From assembly GCA_000004985.1 (NCBI GenBank), contig GG738845.1: a DNA stretch of 64,000 bases. One strand, written 5' to 3'. The notes under the pieces are model-generated. The model did no database searches, had not been told where the DNA came from, and worked only from the letters and a program-made list of their open reading frames with translations. Source of the stretch: Naegleria gruberi (Eukaryota). Below, one piece after another: positions 1 through 12,468 of the stretch; positions within the stretch are counted from its first letter, which is position 1, and each line of letters starts with the position of its first letter. The translations under genes and the position numbers were made by a program.

Positions 1-838
1 CAAAGTTGCCATTCAATTCCTCTGCTTTGCACATTAATATTTTTACATTTTTCATGTTGAATTGGTTCACATTAAAATGCTTCAAGTTTGTAAATTTATA
101 TCCACTGTATTGGCATGTTGTAGACATGTCATTTCCAATCTCATTAAAGTAGAATAATTTAAAATTCTTATTAGGATATATAACTCGCAAATTCAATTTG
201 TGATTATGCACATTCCTTATCAAATTTACAAAATATTCTTCATATTGTGAAATTATCTTTGATTGCATACAAGTCCTAATCAAACTCTCAATGTCCTTCT
301 CATTACTATTCACAGCATAGCTATTCAAATATAATTTAGATTTTAAAACAGCCAATTGAAATCCTCTCACAATCAATGAAGGATGTAAATTCCTATTCTT
401 AATTAAATTTAAAGCCTGATTCAACAATTCACAAGTCAATATCACAACTGATGAAGTGCCATCACCAATTAATCTATCCTGCAACAAACTAGCCCTTGAC
501 AATAACTGACAACTCGGATGTTCAATATTTAAATATTTAATTATCGTACTTCCATCATTTGTAATTATAAAATTATTACTCTTCATCATTTCATTATTTC
601 CTTCCTCCGATATCGACATTGAATCCCTCTCCTGAAGGCTTTGATTCTCCATGTAAGGTAAATACTGTGATGATGAATCCATAACCTTGTGATTATTATT
701 ACTTTCAAAAATTGAAATATCCATTCCCATCGGACCAAGTGTATGTTCAATAATTTCCCTACTCAATGATAGACATGATTGAATATTATTTTCAATGGTC
801 GTTACATTGGAACCTCCTGATGATGAATTAAATTGCAT
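1..838 (-). CDS. Chaperonin, TCP-1/CCT (Cpn60) family, divergent; 5' part only, runs off the left edge of the window
   Basis: Minus-strand ATG at 838..836 with an in-frame stop upstream. The translation carries the three TCP-1 family signature motifs: TLGPMGMD, ITNDGSTIIKYLNIEHP and QDRLIGDGTSSV. A ~50-aa Asn/Ser-rich insertion separates motifs 1 and 2. This frame is absent from the ORF track because it is open at the window edge. Confidence 0.6.
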   Translation of the reverse strand, partial: MQFNSSSGGSNVTTIENNIQSCLSLSREIIEHTLGPMGMDISIFESNNNHKVMDSSSQYLPYMENQSLQERDSMSISEEGNNEMMKSNNFIITNDGSTIIKYLNIEHPSCQLLSRASLLQDRLIGDGTSSVVILTCELLNQALNLIKNRNLHPSLIVRGFQLAVLKSKLYLNSYAVNSNEKDIESLIRTCMQSKIISQYEEYFVNLIRNVHNHKLNLRVIYPNKNFKLFYFNEIGNDMSTTCQYSGYKFTNLKHFNVNQFNMKNVKILMCKAEELNGNF

Positions 839-1008
839 TTTTTTTAAAATTGAATTTTCCCAAATATTTTCAAAATTTTTTATTATTTGAATTTTTATTT
901 GAATATTTGGAAAGAATGAAGAATGAAACCCAATAATGTGAAATTAATATGGCGCCAAATATTCTTGACATTTTCATTGATGTTTGATTGATAACACTTC
1001 ATAAAAAA

Positions 1009-4000
1009 ATGACACAAAAACGAACGCCACTCAACGATCTATTCCCAGAACTTTCTCCCAATCACAGTTCACCTCACGATTATTCAACACCTCCTAAAAA
1101 ACAAAAGAAACAACAAAATCCATCATCTAATGGTGTTGATCAACAAGAACAAAATACGAAAGTGGAAACTTTATTGGAAACTAGTAATTGTACAACAACA
1201 ACACCTCACAACCATCACACACTTTCTGCTGATGACATTTTTCTTGAAGAAAGTGTTGATGGAGGAGTGGATAAAGAATCTTGTTCATTCGATAGTTTAG
1301 TTTCTAATAATGAAGGTAGCGAAAATGGAGGACTGACAAGTCCTTCTTTTTCCTCTGTAGATACAAATAACATTCCTAGTAGTTTAGTTTCTCCCTATGT
1401 TTCAAATGACACTCTAGATATTCGAAACAAGGAAGAAACACTTTTACAAGAATTAGATAAGTTTGTGGGTGAAAGTACACACGCACAACAAGCTCTGAAA
1501 ACAATACAACGCTGTTTTCTTAACAAGGTGGTCAGAAAAAACTTGAAAAGTAAGTTTTTTGTATTTACAAACTAATTTTAAACTAATTTCAATCAATTTA
1601 AATAACAATTTCCTTGAAATTCACTAAAATAGAATTGTCCACAATGTGTAAAAAACGTAAACACGTAATTAATGAAATAATTTCAACTGAAAAATCATAT
1701 GTCACTGATTTGAAAACAATTATGGATGTTTTCTATACTCCAATTGTTAAAAAAGGAATTGAAGCAAGTGAAAATATGGCTAGTATTTTTGTAAATGTAG
1801 AAATGATTTACAATTTGAATGAAAAATTGTATCAACGATTGGTCATTGCTCAAGATCATCAAGAAAAATGTGAACAGAAACAAAACGAAATGATCAAACA
1901 ATTAGTTTCTGTTATTAGATTATCTGCTTCTTCTGGTAATTTGCAAAGTATTGGAAGTGTTGGTAATATTGCTAGTAATCATACAGATGCTGCAGAATTT
2001 AGAATGTCAGCAGTTCCAATTGGTTCTTCACTTGACAGCTCAAGAAGAGCTACAATTACATCACCAACTGAACATTCTGCAAGTGCACAAAGTTTAAAAA
2101 ACAATGTAACAACTACTAACAATATATTCAATGAGACAGCATCAACAAATTCCAATCAAAAATCAAAAAATAGCAAGAATAAGAAGGATAAGAAAAAGTC
2201 AGGTGGAACAATCAAATCTTTGAAAGATTTTAAAAACAAAATTACACGTGGTAAACTTACCAATTTGGATATTCCAAATGGAGAGGCTCCAAATAGTTCG
2301 AGATCAACAACGAATGGAAGTTTGACTCCAACAGGTCAAATGAAATCGTTTGGTGGAGCTTTTGCTGAAATGGCCCCTTTTATGAGATTGTACACTGATT
2401 ATATCAATAACTTTTCACAAGCATCAAGTATTTTGAAGGATAGAAGAAAGAAGAATCAACAGTTACAAATCTATTTAAACGTAAGTTTTTATTTTATGTT
2501 TCGAATTCTAACCAAGTCATTATTTTAAATAGAAATGTAAGGAAACAAGAGAAGAATGTAGAGGATTGGATGTTTCTTCATTCTTAATCTTACCAGTTCA
2601 AAGAATTCCAAAGTATCAACTCTTATTGAGAGAATTACTGAAATACACACCAAAAGGACACTCTGATTACATGTACCTTTCCACAGCTCATGACACCATG
2701 ATTCAAGTTGCTAATCATTTGAATGAAATGAGAAGACAGAAACTTGCCTTTACCAGAGTGATGGATATCAAACAGAGATTAACTGAATTGAGTTTCCAAT
2801 TGGTTACAGCCATGAAAAATGCTCTCGTTGAAAGTCCAATTGTGAAACATAATTTCAATTCTATTGAACAAGTTAAGAATTCAATTATCAAACCGCACAG
2901 ACACTTTGTGAATGAAGTATTGGTCAATGTAATAAGAGATAAAGTCTCCCCTCTCAAATTACAATGGATCGATAAAGCAATCAATACAGACATGCCACAA
3001 TCTGAACCAATTCCATTCGAAAGTTACCTATTCAATGACTATTACTTGTTAATCATTAAGGGAATCAAGAATGAAGACAGATCAGAGGATTCAGCCGTGA
3101 TGACTCTTCCAAGTGCTTCCTTACAAACAATGGCAACTGATCGTTCTAATTATACTATTTTTGCAAGAACTCCTAGGGATACAGTTGTAGATATTAATCA
3201 AATGGATGAAATACTTGGTCAAAAAGAATTGACTGCACCATTCATTGTTCAACCGTTCTACTTGTCAATTAGTGATTTCTCCATCGTTGATAAGGATCCA
3301 TTGGCAATGAGATGCAAGGATTATATCAGTGGAGCTGAATTTAGAGTTTTCTTTGAAACAGAAGACATCAGAAATGAGTGGTACAATAATATTACTGATA
3401 AGAAGAGGCAAGAAATTCAAAAACTCATCAAGCAAATGACTGAAAAACATACCAAGGCCAAGTTTAGTAATTTACCTGAATATCATGGAAGTGAAACAGC
3501 TAGAGCCAGAGATGTTGAGGAGACTGAACTGCACGCAAGAAACTTGTCCATTGAAAAGTTTAGCAAAATTTCTGAGTTTATTCAAGAAAAGATTAGTATT
3601 CAAAACAGATTTATCAAGATGAGAATGGACTTTGATAAGATTAAGAAAACCTTTGATAAGGACTTTGAAAAGTATCAAACTCTCAAGATGATCCTAAGTA
3701 GATTGAAAGACACTCCAGATCTGTACGAAAAAAAACAAAAACAAGTCATTGAATATGAAAATGAAATGGTTAAAACAAGAACCAGATTGAAGGATGCAAG
3801 TGAACGTCTCCAGAAGGGTGAAGGTGTCTTTAATCAAATGATTGAAAGAACCAAAGAATGCGATGAAGTTATTCTCATGTGTTTGAGAAATGATATCGAG
3901 TCATTGACTGCATTCTTTGGAGATTCTCAAATTTTAGATCAACCTGAAATTGTTGATCTGAGAGACATTGTAATGAAGATGCAATCCATTGATAATGATG

Positions 4001-5412
4001 TTTTCTATTTGGAAATTGAACACAAATTCCCAAAGCCATCCACTCAACCATTATCTGTATCGAGTAACAATATTATTATCAATTCTAGTTTCCACAAGAT
4101 GATTCCAAGTAGTGCTGAATCATCAATGGATGATGATACAACCAGTGAAACTGGTTCAACAATGAGCAATGCTCAAACTATTGAAGATGAAGAAGATTTG
4201 ATGAATACACCAAGTAAATCAAATAGCACACTAAGACCTGCCAACGTTCCAAAACTTCAAATTTCTGCTGAACCACCAGTCAACTCTCCACAAGATTCTC
4301 TGCAACAGTTGAAAAAGATTGAAGAACTTGAATTACTCATCAAGACAATCACTGAAGATAGAGATGAGTGGAAGAACAAGTTTGAATCACTCTCGCAGGA
4401 ATTCGACACTCAAAAACAAAGTGTAACCTCATTGAGTGAGGAAAATACCGATTTGAAGGAGGCCAATGCAATGCTTTCATCCAAGATTGAAACTCTAAAT
4501 GATGAGATGGAACAATTGAGAGCACAAACCAGAAAGCAAGACTTTGACATCAATAAGAGAAGATCCAATAGTGTACCTATCAAGTACTTGGGTGATTCTC
4601 TCTCCCTTGATGACGAAGAGGATGAAAATGAAACTAATCACTCCCACGACAAGTTGACTTCACCTCGTTCAAGTACCTCCTCTGAGACTCAAAAGATTGA
4701 TCTTGCTGTCGTTCCAACTGTTAATCAAATTGTTGAACAGTATGAAAAGCAAATTTTAGAAATCAAGACTGAAAATGACAAACTCATTGAAGAAATCGAT
4801 CAAACCAAGTATCTTTTGGAGCAACTCAAGAATGAAGCCACAGAAGAAAAGCTAACTTTCACACAACAAATTCAAAACTTGAGGGCAACCATTGAGAATA
4901 TGACTAATAATGGTTATATTCCATATGTTGATTCTGATTTTGAAACTGATGAGGAATCAGCTCACTCACCAAGCTCTTCTCTATCATCTGAGAGATCCAA
5001 TTCAATTCCAAGATTGGACACTTCATCAACCAATAGCACTAAAGTTAAATCTTCAGGAATGTCACAAGGAGCACTCACCACTCAACGTTCCCGCATTCAG
5101 GAACATGTCGAAAAGTATGAACAATTATCTAGAAGTAATCTTGACTCTTCTCGTATTGCCAGGAACAAATCCAAGTTTGGACATGACATGTTGGACGACT
5201 CTGAAACACAAAGTATTGATAACAAGATTCTCAAAATTACCATTCAAACTGTACAATATCAATTACAAACAGAGAGACAACAACACGAGCTTAGCAAAAA
5301 GGCACAATCCTCTCTGAAGGATGAAGTTAACATTTTAAAGAAGAGACTTGATGAAGCTAATAAGGTGATTGAAGATATGAAAAAGATTGTCTTTACACAT
5401 TTTAAAGTTTAA
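1009..5412 (+). CDS. RhoGEF (Dbl-homology domain) protein with long coiled-coil C-terminus; 3 exons: 1009-1549, 1633-2480, 2533-5412
   Basis: Three consecutive ORFs (988-1575, 1614-2528, 2566-5412) are joined by canonical introns. Intron 1 is GTAAGT at 1550 to AG at 1631-1632, phase 1, 83 nt. Intron 2 is GTAAGT at 2481 to AG at 2531-2532, phase 0, 52 nt. Splicing keeps the frame. Exons 2 and 3 encode the DH-domain hallmarks EIISTEKSYVTDLKTIMDVF and LILPVQRIPKYQLLLRELLKYT. Downstream is a long region predicted to form a coiled coil. The ATG is at 1009; the track start at 988 is a TTG. Confidence 0.75.
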
Positions 5413-5413
5413 T

Positions 5414-6712
5414 TTACAAGTTGAAATTTGATTTCTTTTGATACAAACTTCTTGGGCCATAATCTTCCCAATCTTCGTATGTCACAACAGCGTCTTCAAA
5501 GGTTGGTAAACTAGCAATAACAGATCCACCCATCCAAGCACTGAATTGTCTCATTGGATCAGCCAAAACTTTGAAAGGTTTGAAACTCTTTTCATTATTT
5601 TCCAATTCCAATTTAATTCTTTCCTTAAAACCATTGAAGAGAGTATTACCACCTGACAAGACAATTGAATTATAAAAATCTTTTCTGACATCAATAGGAC
5701 TTGCTTTGAATGTATCAAAAACAAGCTCTGCTAATCCAGGAGCATCCTTTCCCATCAAAGATGGATTGAATAATAATTCTGTACAAGCAAATAATTCCTC
5801 ATCAAGAGTAATAATTTGCCCGTCTGGTAATTCATAATCCTTCTTAATCTCTGAATAGGGTTTCTTCTTTTCCTTTTCAAAGTTTTGAGAAACGTAGGCA
5901 AATGATTCCTTAATTTCTCTTACAAAGTGATGTTCTGAAGAGCTAGCAAATCTATAACCCTTTGAGTAGAGCATTCTTTGCAAGTAATGTGTTACATCTC
6001 TTCCTCCAAAATCCAAGTGATTCATAGCATGATCAATGATAAATCCTTCAAATACAGGAACAGTGTGTGAAACACAATCACCAGAATCAATTACCAAACC
6101 AGTTGTTTTACCAACACTGTAGAGGGATAATAATGGTTGTGGCATGTAACACAAACCAGGAATTAAAAACAATTCAAACAAACATTCAGCCATCTTTTCC
6201 TTTTCCTTCTTTGTACTCATTGGATTATCAGTGATGAGTAATAATGTGTCCTCTGGTTCAACATCCAAAACATCCAACAAGGCATACTCAATAAGAAATT
6301 CAATTTGTTCCCAATCTTCAACTTGTCCTTTATCCATCGGATAGAACAATTGATGAGAGTGTCGTTGATCTAAAGCCTTATCACCAACTAGAAATTCCTC
6401 ATTCAAATATTCATCTTCCTCACTGGTTTCTGTAGCTGTCTTTTCATCACCATTTTCATCAACAGTGATTCTACTCTTTCCTAATCTTCTTAATCTCTTT
6501 AAATGAAGTTTTCTATATCGTTCCCGAATAGCACTTTCATCGTCCAGATGTGGCAAACCGACAACATTCTGAAAACAACATGATGGAATTTCTTCACCAG
6601 CAATACCAGCCTTAAACACACCACTTCCAAAATCAATCACAACTGGTGGTGGATTATCATATTCAGATCCTTCATCTGACGATCCTCCGAGTACGTTGTC
6701 ACTAAGTGGCAT
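5414..6712 (-). CDS. Actin-related protein (Arp family; subfamily not assigned)
   Basis: 432-aa ORF with an actin fold and characteristic motifs: VVIDFGSGVFKAG (phosphate-1 loop), LSGGNTLFNGFKERI, and DPMRQFSAWMGGSVIASLPTF...GPRSLYQKK at the C-terminus (compare actin SVWIGGSILASLSTF). It has acidic insertions typical of Arps. Its stop codon lies 1 bp from the RhoGEF stop, in convergent orientation. Confidence 0.8.
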   Translation of the reverse strand: MPLSDNVLGGSSDEGSEYDNPPPVVIDFGSGVFKAGIAGEEIPSCCFQNVVGLPHLDDESAIRERYRKLHLKRLRRLGKSRITVDENGDEKTATETSEEDEYLNEEFLVGDKALDQRHSHQLFYPMDKGQVEDWEQIEFLIEYALLDVLDVEPEDTLLLITDNPMSTKKEKEKMAECLFELFLIPGLCYMPQPLLSLYSVGKTTGLVIDSGDCVSHTVPVFEGFIIDHAMNHLDFGGRDVTHYLQRMLYSKGYRFASSSEHHFVREIKESFAYVSQNFEKEKKKPYSEIKKDYELPDGQIITLDEELFACTELLFNPSLMGKDAPGLAELVFDTFKASPIDVRKDFYNSIVLSGGNTLFNGFKERIKLELENNEKSFKPFKVLADPMRQFSAWMGGSVIASLPTFEDAVVTYEDWEDYGPRSLYQKKSNFNL

Positions 6713-6869
6713 TGGCTAAAATTCCTGAATGTGATGATTGGTTAATTTTTTAATGATAAAGAAAAAAAATTACATAAGTTATTGTTACGTTGCCTTAATG
6801 GGTGACAAAGCCAAGAGAAAAACCTATTGGTTTCTCTTTGAGAACAGAGTCTAATAAAGTAAGTTATAT

Positions 6870-9814
6870 TTATTGGTTTTCTACCTTATAATACATGGAG
6901 TTAGCACCGTCTTGTTGGGCTTCATGATCAAATCTCTTAAATCCAGCAGCATCCTTCTTCTTCTTTCTAACCATAAAGATAGCACCGACAATAACCAACA
7001 CTACAATGATCAAAACTACTGCACCACCAACAGAGCTTCCAATAATGATACCTAGATTGTTGTTGTTGTTAGTGACTGGAGGAGCAGTGTATCTGAATTC
7101 AATGGAGAACAAAGAGCTCTTTCCAGCCTCCTTACCCAAAACTGATACAAACACAGCTTTGTCAACAACAAGCCTTTCCTTTTTGAGGGTTATAACTCTG
7201 TCAACTTCGCCGTTAGTTGTAGATTTCCACGTGTAATTCTTTGGTGATGGATCATTGAACATATCTTGATTGATAAAAACATCAACCTTTCCTTCCAATT
7301 CCTTAATGTGGAGGTAAACATCCTTAGCCTTAGCAGATTCAGTAAATGGAAGCCAGAAGCTATAAACCAATGAATCCATATTTCCGTCTGGGGCAGTTCT
7401 ACCAAGAGTTGGGACATTTTCCAAAACAGTTGCACCAATGTTACTAGCCAATGACATGTGATAAACAGAGTCTTCAATAGCATGAACAGCAATATACCAA
7501 ACTCCACGTTTAAATCCAAGATCAGTTTGCTTAAGCAAAATACTGTTACCATAAGTGTTTTGGTCAGACCAAACATAGTTAGTAGAGTTGGCCTTTTGTC
7601 CATTTGTTGAAATGTACATAACAGTCTTTCCAGAAACAAGTGAGGCAGAAGCAGTGATGATTCTCAAAGCATTAGAAATGTCAACTCTGAAATGAGTAGT
7701 GCTATTCTTTGTGGCGTTGATGAGAATAGAGTCACCATTAGGGAACAAGTTCAAATAATCAGTGGCAACTGAGAGAGTGAATGGAATAGCTCTGGTGCTT
7801 GTATCAGTTGAAACAACACCATAAACAGAAATATAAATTTCTCCTGGAATGGCATCTTCAATGGTCAAAACATCATTACCAATGTTAATGGATCTTCCTT
7901 CATAATCATATCTGTTTGGTGTCTTGACGGAAGTACTGTAGAATATATCAGCTTCATCACCGTCCTTCAGCAAGTGAAGGTTAATATAGACCTTTCCTGA
8001 AGTCTTGATATTAAGAGTATAGTAGGTATAAGCACTTTCCAAAACCGAGCTTGATGTACGCATTCCTTCAGACAGAGTAGAAATAGCTCCAACTTGAGAT
8101 GCTGAAATAGAAAAGTATGAATCAGAATCATAGGCATAGACACCAATGTAGAATGTCTTTCCAGAAGCTTTAGCATCATTAGCTGGGATGTAAACAGTGT
8201 CAACACCAACAATATCAGCATACCACTGATTGCTTTCAACTGATGGATATTGGAGAGTAGTTGAAACATAGATATCAACGTCACCGCTGGATGGCTTGGT
8301 AGTAATGGAGATGGCATTGGATGGATATTTATCAGCAACAAAGGAGAAATATCTGTATGATCCCTTTGGAACCCAATTCAAATAAACTTCTTCACCATCA
8401 TTGAGGGCCATGATTGGTTGGGAAGTGGTGACTTCAATGGAGAACTCACCAGAATCAGCAGTAACAGTAAAGTAAATGAAAGGATGTGGAGATGGAGCAT
8501 CGAACTTTAAGACGCCATTGGTACCAGTAACTGCAACAGCCTTAGAATGGTACTTTGTGGCACTAGGTCTAGAGAATTGAGCTTCATAAACATTAATTGA
8601 GGATCCAGAAACAAGCTTCACAGTGGCAACAATGGTCTTGGTGAGATCGTTATTAGCATACTTGAAAGTATAAGACTTTGTTGTTGCAGTGAATGCCTTT
8701 TGGACAGGTTGGCTGGATGAAAGAACAACTTGATTTGGGTTTTCACCGAATGCCCAAACCTTATAGTTGGTACCATTCATCAAGCCATAAACACCAATGT
8801 AATAATCACCAGCTTCAGCACTTTTAAGAGTATAGGAATCGTCTCCTGACAATGAAACAACAACATCAAATTCAGATGAAGTTGGTTTAGAACCCTTACG
8901 GATATAAACCTTGGTTTCACCTTCACCATTTCTAACTTCGATGGCTTCAATGACAATGTCTTGAACTGATTCAAGACTTCTGAATACAAATGTGTCCAAT
9001 TCATTTTCATTGACAATATCTCTGATAAAGACACCTTCTGGCAAACGCATAGATTCATCATTAACATTAACAATAACACTGTAGACTGATTCAGAGAATG
9101 CAACAACGGTAATGTTCAATTGGGTCAATCCTGGAACAACCTTAATTTTCAAAGCATCGAATCCATAATCTTCAGAAGTCCATGAAACACCATTAGAACC
9201 AGTAACATAAAGATCTGGATCACCAAAAAGACCGTTGACAGAGATTGTTACCAAAGTAGCTTCGCTTGGCAAATTAAAATAGAAGGTATTCTTCTTTCCT
9301 CTTGGAGATTCAGCAAAGATGACTTCATTCTTGTTAATATTAATAATTTCTGTGATCAAAGTGCAACTTTAAGAATTTCATAAAAGAATTGATATTACAT
9401 ACCATTAGATCCCCAAGCAATAAAAGAAAAATCAGCAGATCTTTCTTGAGCAATAATACCAACATAGAATACACCTTGAGCAAATTCAGTGGTATTGTAG
9501 TAAACAATTCTAACATCACCAAAACCATTGGCATCACGATCAAGGCAATCAGCACAAGCAGTTTTTGGATAGTCAACGGTACTGATCCACATATCACAAT
9601 CACCCGAGAGTGAGTTCAAACTAAGGGACACAAAATCTCCTTCAGTCATACCCCAGGTAGTAGTATTAACGAGATAATATTGAATTTCTCCCTTTGAAAG
9701 AGTCTTTGGAAGATTCTTGCCGGCAACGTCATAATTAACAACGACGTTTTGACCAAAAACCAGAGAGCAAAGTAAAAATGTGGTAATTGCAATGATAGCT
9801 AAAGGTACTCTCAT
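6870..9814 (-). CDS. Type I membrane glycoprotein with ~7 repeated pre-peptidase C-terminal (PPC)-like beta-sandwich domains; 2 exons: 9814-9403 and 9349-6870
   Basis: Exon 1 begins MRVPLAIIAITTFLLCSLVFG, a signal peptide. A GTATGT donor at 9402 pairs with a CAG acceptor at 9350, giving a 53-nt intron that keeps the frame into the 829-aa ORF. Repeats carry PPC-like motifs: GDPDLYV, GDVDIYVS, GKTFYIGVYAYDSDSYFSISA and GDYYIGVYGLMNGTNYKV. The C-terminus has a TM helix (LGIIIGSSVGGAVVLIIVVLVIVGAIFMV) followed by a basic stop-transfer sequence. An alternative GTAATA donor 6 nt away is also possible. Confidence 0.65.
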
Positions 9815-10188
9815 TTTTTTTAAGGCTGATATTTTCTTTCTTGCGCTGTGTGTTGATTTAGGGGCGCGTCTTTTGTTAAGGATTGTTGAACAAACAATAA
9901 GCAATCCTGTAAACCAAATATTTTTAGTGGACGACAGAGCTATGGTGCCCTACACTATTATTTTGGTTAGTTGACAATTTCTATTGCCTATCGACCTATG
10001 AAGGTGGTGCCAAATGAGCTAACTTTGTACAGATTTAATTGTTATCAAGTCTTGAAAGTGCACAATGAGAAGACAAGAAGGAGAAGCAACAATAAGAAAC
10101 TCCTCAAAGTGGAATCTTCACTTTTTTGTAACTCTAGGAACATTGAACAAATGGAAGAATTAATTTTCAAAGTCCTGTTCCAAATGTT

Positions 10189-12468
10189 TTATTTGAAATA
10201 CCAAACTTCAACCTTCAAAACAGAGAAGGTTGTTTTTGAACCAACTAGTGGCTCATTGTCAAATGTTGTGCATCTATTACTTGTACCAATACAGAGCTGA
10301 TCATCGATTTGTAAGGCAGGACCATCACCACCAGCACCAAATACCAATCTGTCCTTTCTACCCATTACGAAAAAGTCATTCTTCCTTGACCATTTGTATC
10401 TGGCTTCCACGGGATACATTGAGAATAAGAAGGTATCTGTCGTACCTTCAAAACGATAGGTCTTATCATAGGACTCACCACAGTAAGCTCCAAAAACACA
10501 AACATCTGCTGTCTTTTTCTTCTTTTCTACTGGTGCTTCCTTTTTAGCATTAGGGTCCTTCTTTAAAGACTTTCTTAATGATGTACCTTGCTCCTTATGT
10601 TTTCTAATCATTTCAATGACTTTCATGGCATCTTCTTCATTTTCAGAAATTTGTAATTCTTGTGTGTGAGGTTGATTTTTTTCTTCCTTTTGTTGCTTCT
10701 TGATATCGTCAATGTCACCATCTAATGAGATAGGAACGGCTGATATCAGAAGGATATTAGGGCCAATATCATTACAAATACTATACAATTGTGACAAACT
10801 ATAACCATCTCTAGAGGTGGTGAATCTCAGTGCAAGAGTTCTCAACTTTTGCTTATATGAAAGCCAAGAAAAGAGTAACTCCCATTGAGAGATATCCTTA
10901 ATGATTTCTGATTGTGAGGAAATCTTTGGCTTGACAAAGGTGGACATTTTACCAGTTAATTTGGCAGGATTAATTTCTGCTCTATTCTTTTCATCCAGCT
11001 GTGTAAGATATTTTCTTGAAATACCAAATTTGAAGGCTGTCTTGAAAAATTCATCTTCATCAATACTCAGAGAGGTATTTGTTGTGAGAATTTCTTCCAT
11101 AAAGTTTGGTGAGAGAATCTTCAATAATTTTGGTTCCATAGTTTTCAATACTGCAAATGCTACTCTGTATAAAATCTTGGCACCTTCATTAATGAATGAA
11201 TCCATAGTTCTCAAAACAAAGTTGAATGGTAAATATGGAACAAAGAGTCTAGAGAACCACTTATAGGTAACAGTACTGATATCAAAACCAATCTTTTCAA
11301 AATGACTTCCCAAGTTTGGAATATTCTTCTTAATGATATCACTAAATGATTCAATAAATAAAGCATGTTGCATCTTGTTAGTTCTAAAGTACCATTTGGA
11401 TTCTCTGGACTTTTCAAGCATACAGTGGGCAGTTGCATAAGCTTGTTTTTCATTCATAATGATCAATAATAATTGAACAAGATCTGGTAATGGTGGGCAA
11501 TAATCAATGTCCAAGTGATGATCAGCAAGAACACACAGAATTCTCTTTGCTGATTTGATACCATCAACATTGAGTAAACAAAAATCTCTATCAACTTCCT
11601 TCTTCTTAGTTACAACCTTTGGCTCACCAGTCTCTTCATCAAATTCTTCCTCTTCCTTCTTTGGTTCTTCTTTAACAGCTCCAGTTGGATTATCTACATT
11701 ATAACCTGGTAACTTTGAACCAAATTCAGCAACAATTCTTGGATCTACAGATTCAATAAATTCCTTCTTGTTCTTGTGAACCTCGTTAGTGGTATAGTGA
11801 CCGTATGTCTTTTCGAAGTGATTTTCATAGAAATATGGACTCTGTTTCAAAAGAGATTTTGAGCCAGAAATTCCAGTCCATAATAAACATCTCTTTGACT
11901 GAGGAATTCCAGATCTTATCAACCCTTTTGTGGATTTGGAAACTTCAGAGTGGCTGAGAGGGAATTTTTGAACATCCTTCCAAGCACCTTCCCTTTGTCT
12001 TTTATCGTCAGTGAGTAATGAATCAATTGGTATCTTTTGAATATCTACATAACGTGAAAGATGTAAATCCTCCAATCCATCAGTTTTTTCAATAAAAACA
12101 AAATCATCAGAATTGTCCTTTCTTTCATCATCAAGATCAATGTATGGTCCTTTTTCATCCACTTCATCCCAATTAAACCCACTTCCAACAGCAGAGTCAT
12201 CATCATCAATAAATCCACCAGTCTCCTTTTTACTTTCCACAGAATTTAAAATTGAGTCTTGTTTTTCAATGGCACTTGGTAAAATGTTTTCAATTAAAAG
12301 TTTAACCATAGATTTACCTGTTCTTCCAGGTGGAATTTTCTCACCCTTGTATAATCTTGTATATCCGTTATGGAAAACATCATAGTATCTAATGGTTACA
12401 TTTCTATTCAGTCTTAAAAAGGCTGTTTCTAACCAAGTCTCAGCACCACCAATAGACGAGAATGTCAT
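10189..12468 (-). CDS. TBC (RabGAP) plus TLDc domain protein, TBC1D24-like
   Basis: 759-aa ORF. It has TBC motifs with the Arg finger (RCLLWTGISGSKSLL) and a C-terminal TLDc domain (LRFTTSRDGYSLSQLYSICNDIGPNILLI ... VFGAYCGESYDKTYRFEGTTDTFLFSM ... RLVFGAGGDGPALQIDDQLCIGTSNRCTTFDNEPL). It probably continues upstream into the 12465-13106 ORF; see findings. Confidence 0.8.
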   Translation of the reverse strand: MTFSSIGGAETWLETAFLRLNRNVTIRYYDVFHNGYTRLYKGEKIPPGRTGKSMVKLLIENILPSAIEKQDSILNSVESKKETGGFIDDDDSAVGSGFNWDEVDEKGPYIDLDDERKDNSDDFVFIEKTDGLEDLHLSRYVDIQKIPIDSLLTDDKRQREGAWKDVQKFPLSHSEVSKSTKGLIRSGIPQSKRCLLWTGISGSKSLLKQSPYFYENHFEKTYGHYTTNEVHKNKKEFIESVDPRIVAEFGSKLPGYNVDNPTGAVKEEPKKEEEEFDEETGEPKVVTKKKEVDRDFCLLNVDGIKSAKRILCVLADHHLDIDYCPPLPDLVQLLLIIMNEKQAYATAHCMLEKSRESKWYFRTNKMQHALFIESFSDIIKKNIPNLGSHFEKIGFDISTVTYKWFSRLFVPYLPFNFVLRTMDSFINEGAKILYRVAFAVLKTMEPKLLKILSPNFMEEILTTNTSLSIDEDEFFKTAFKFGISRKYLTQLDEKNRAEINPAKLTGKMSTFVKPKISSQSEIIKDISQWELLFSWLSYKQKLRTLALRFTTSRDGYSLSQLYSICNDIGPNILLISAVPISLDGDIDDIKKQQKEEKNQPHTQELQISENEEDAMKVIEMIRKHKEQGTSLRKSLKKDPNAKKEAPVEKKKKTADVCVFGAYCGESYDKTYRFEGTTDTFLFSMYPVEARYKWSRKNDFFVMGRKDRLVFGAGGDGPALQIDDQLCIGTSNRCTTFDNEPLVGSKTTFSVLKVEVWYFK

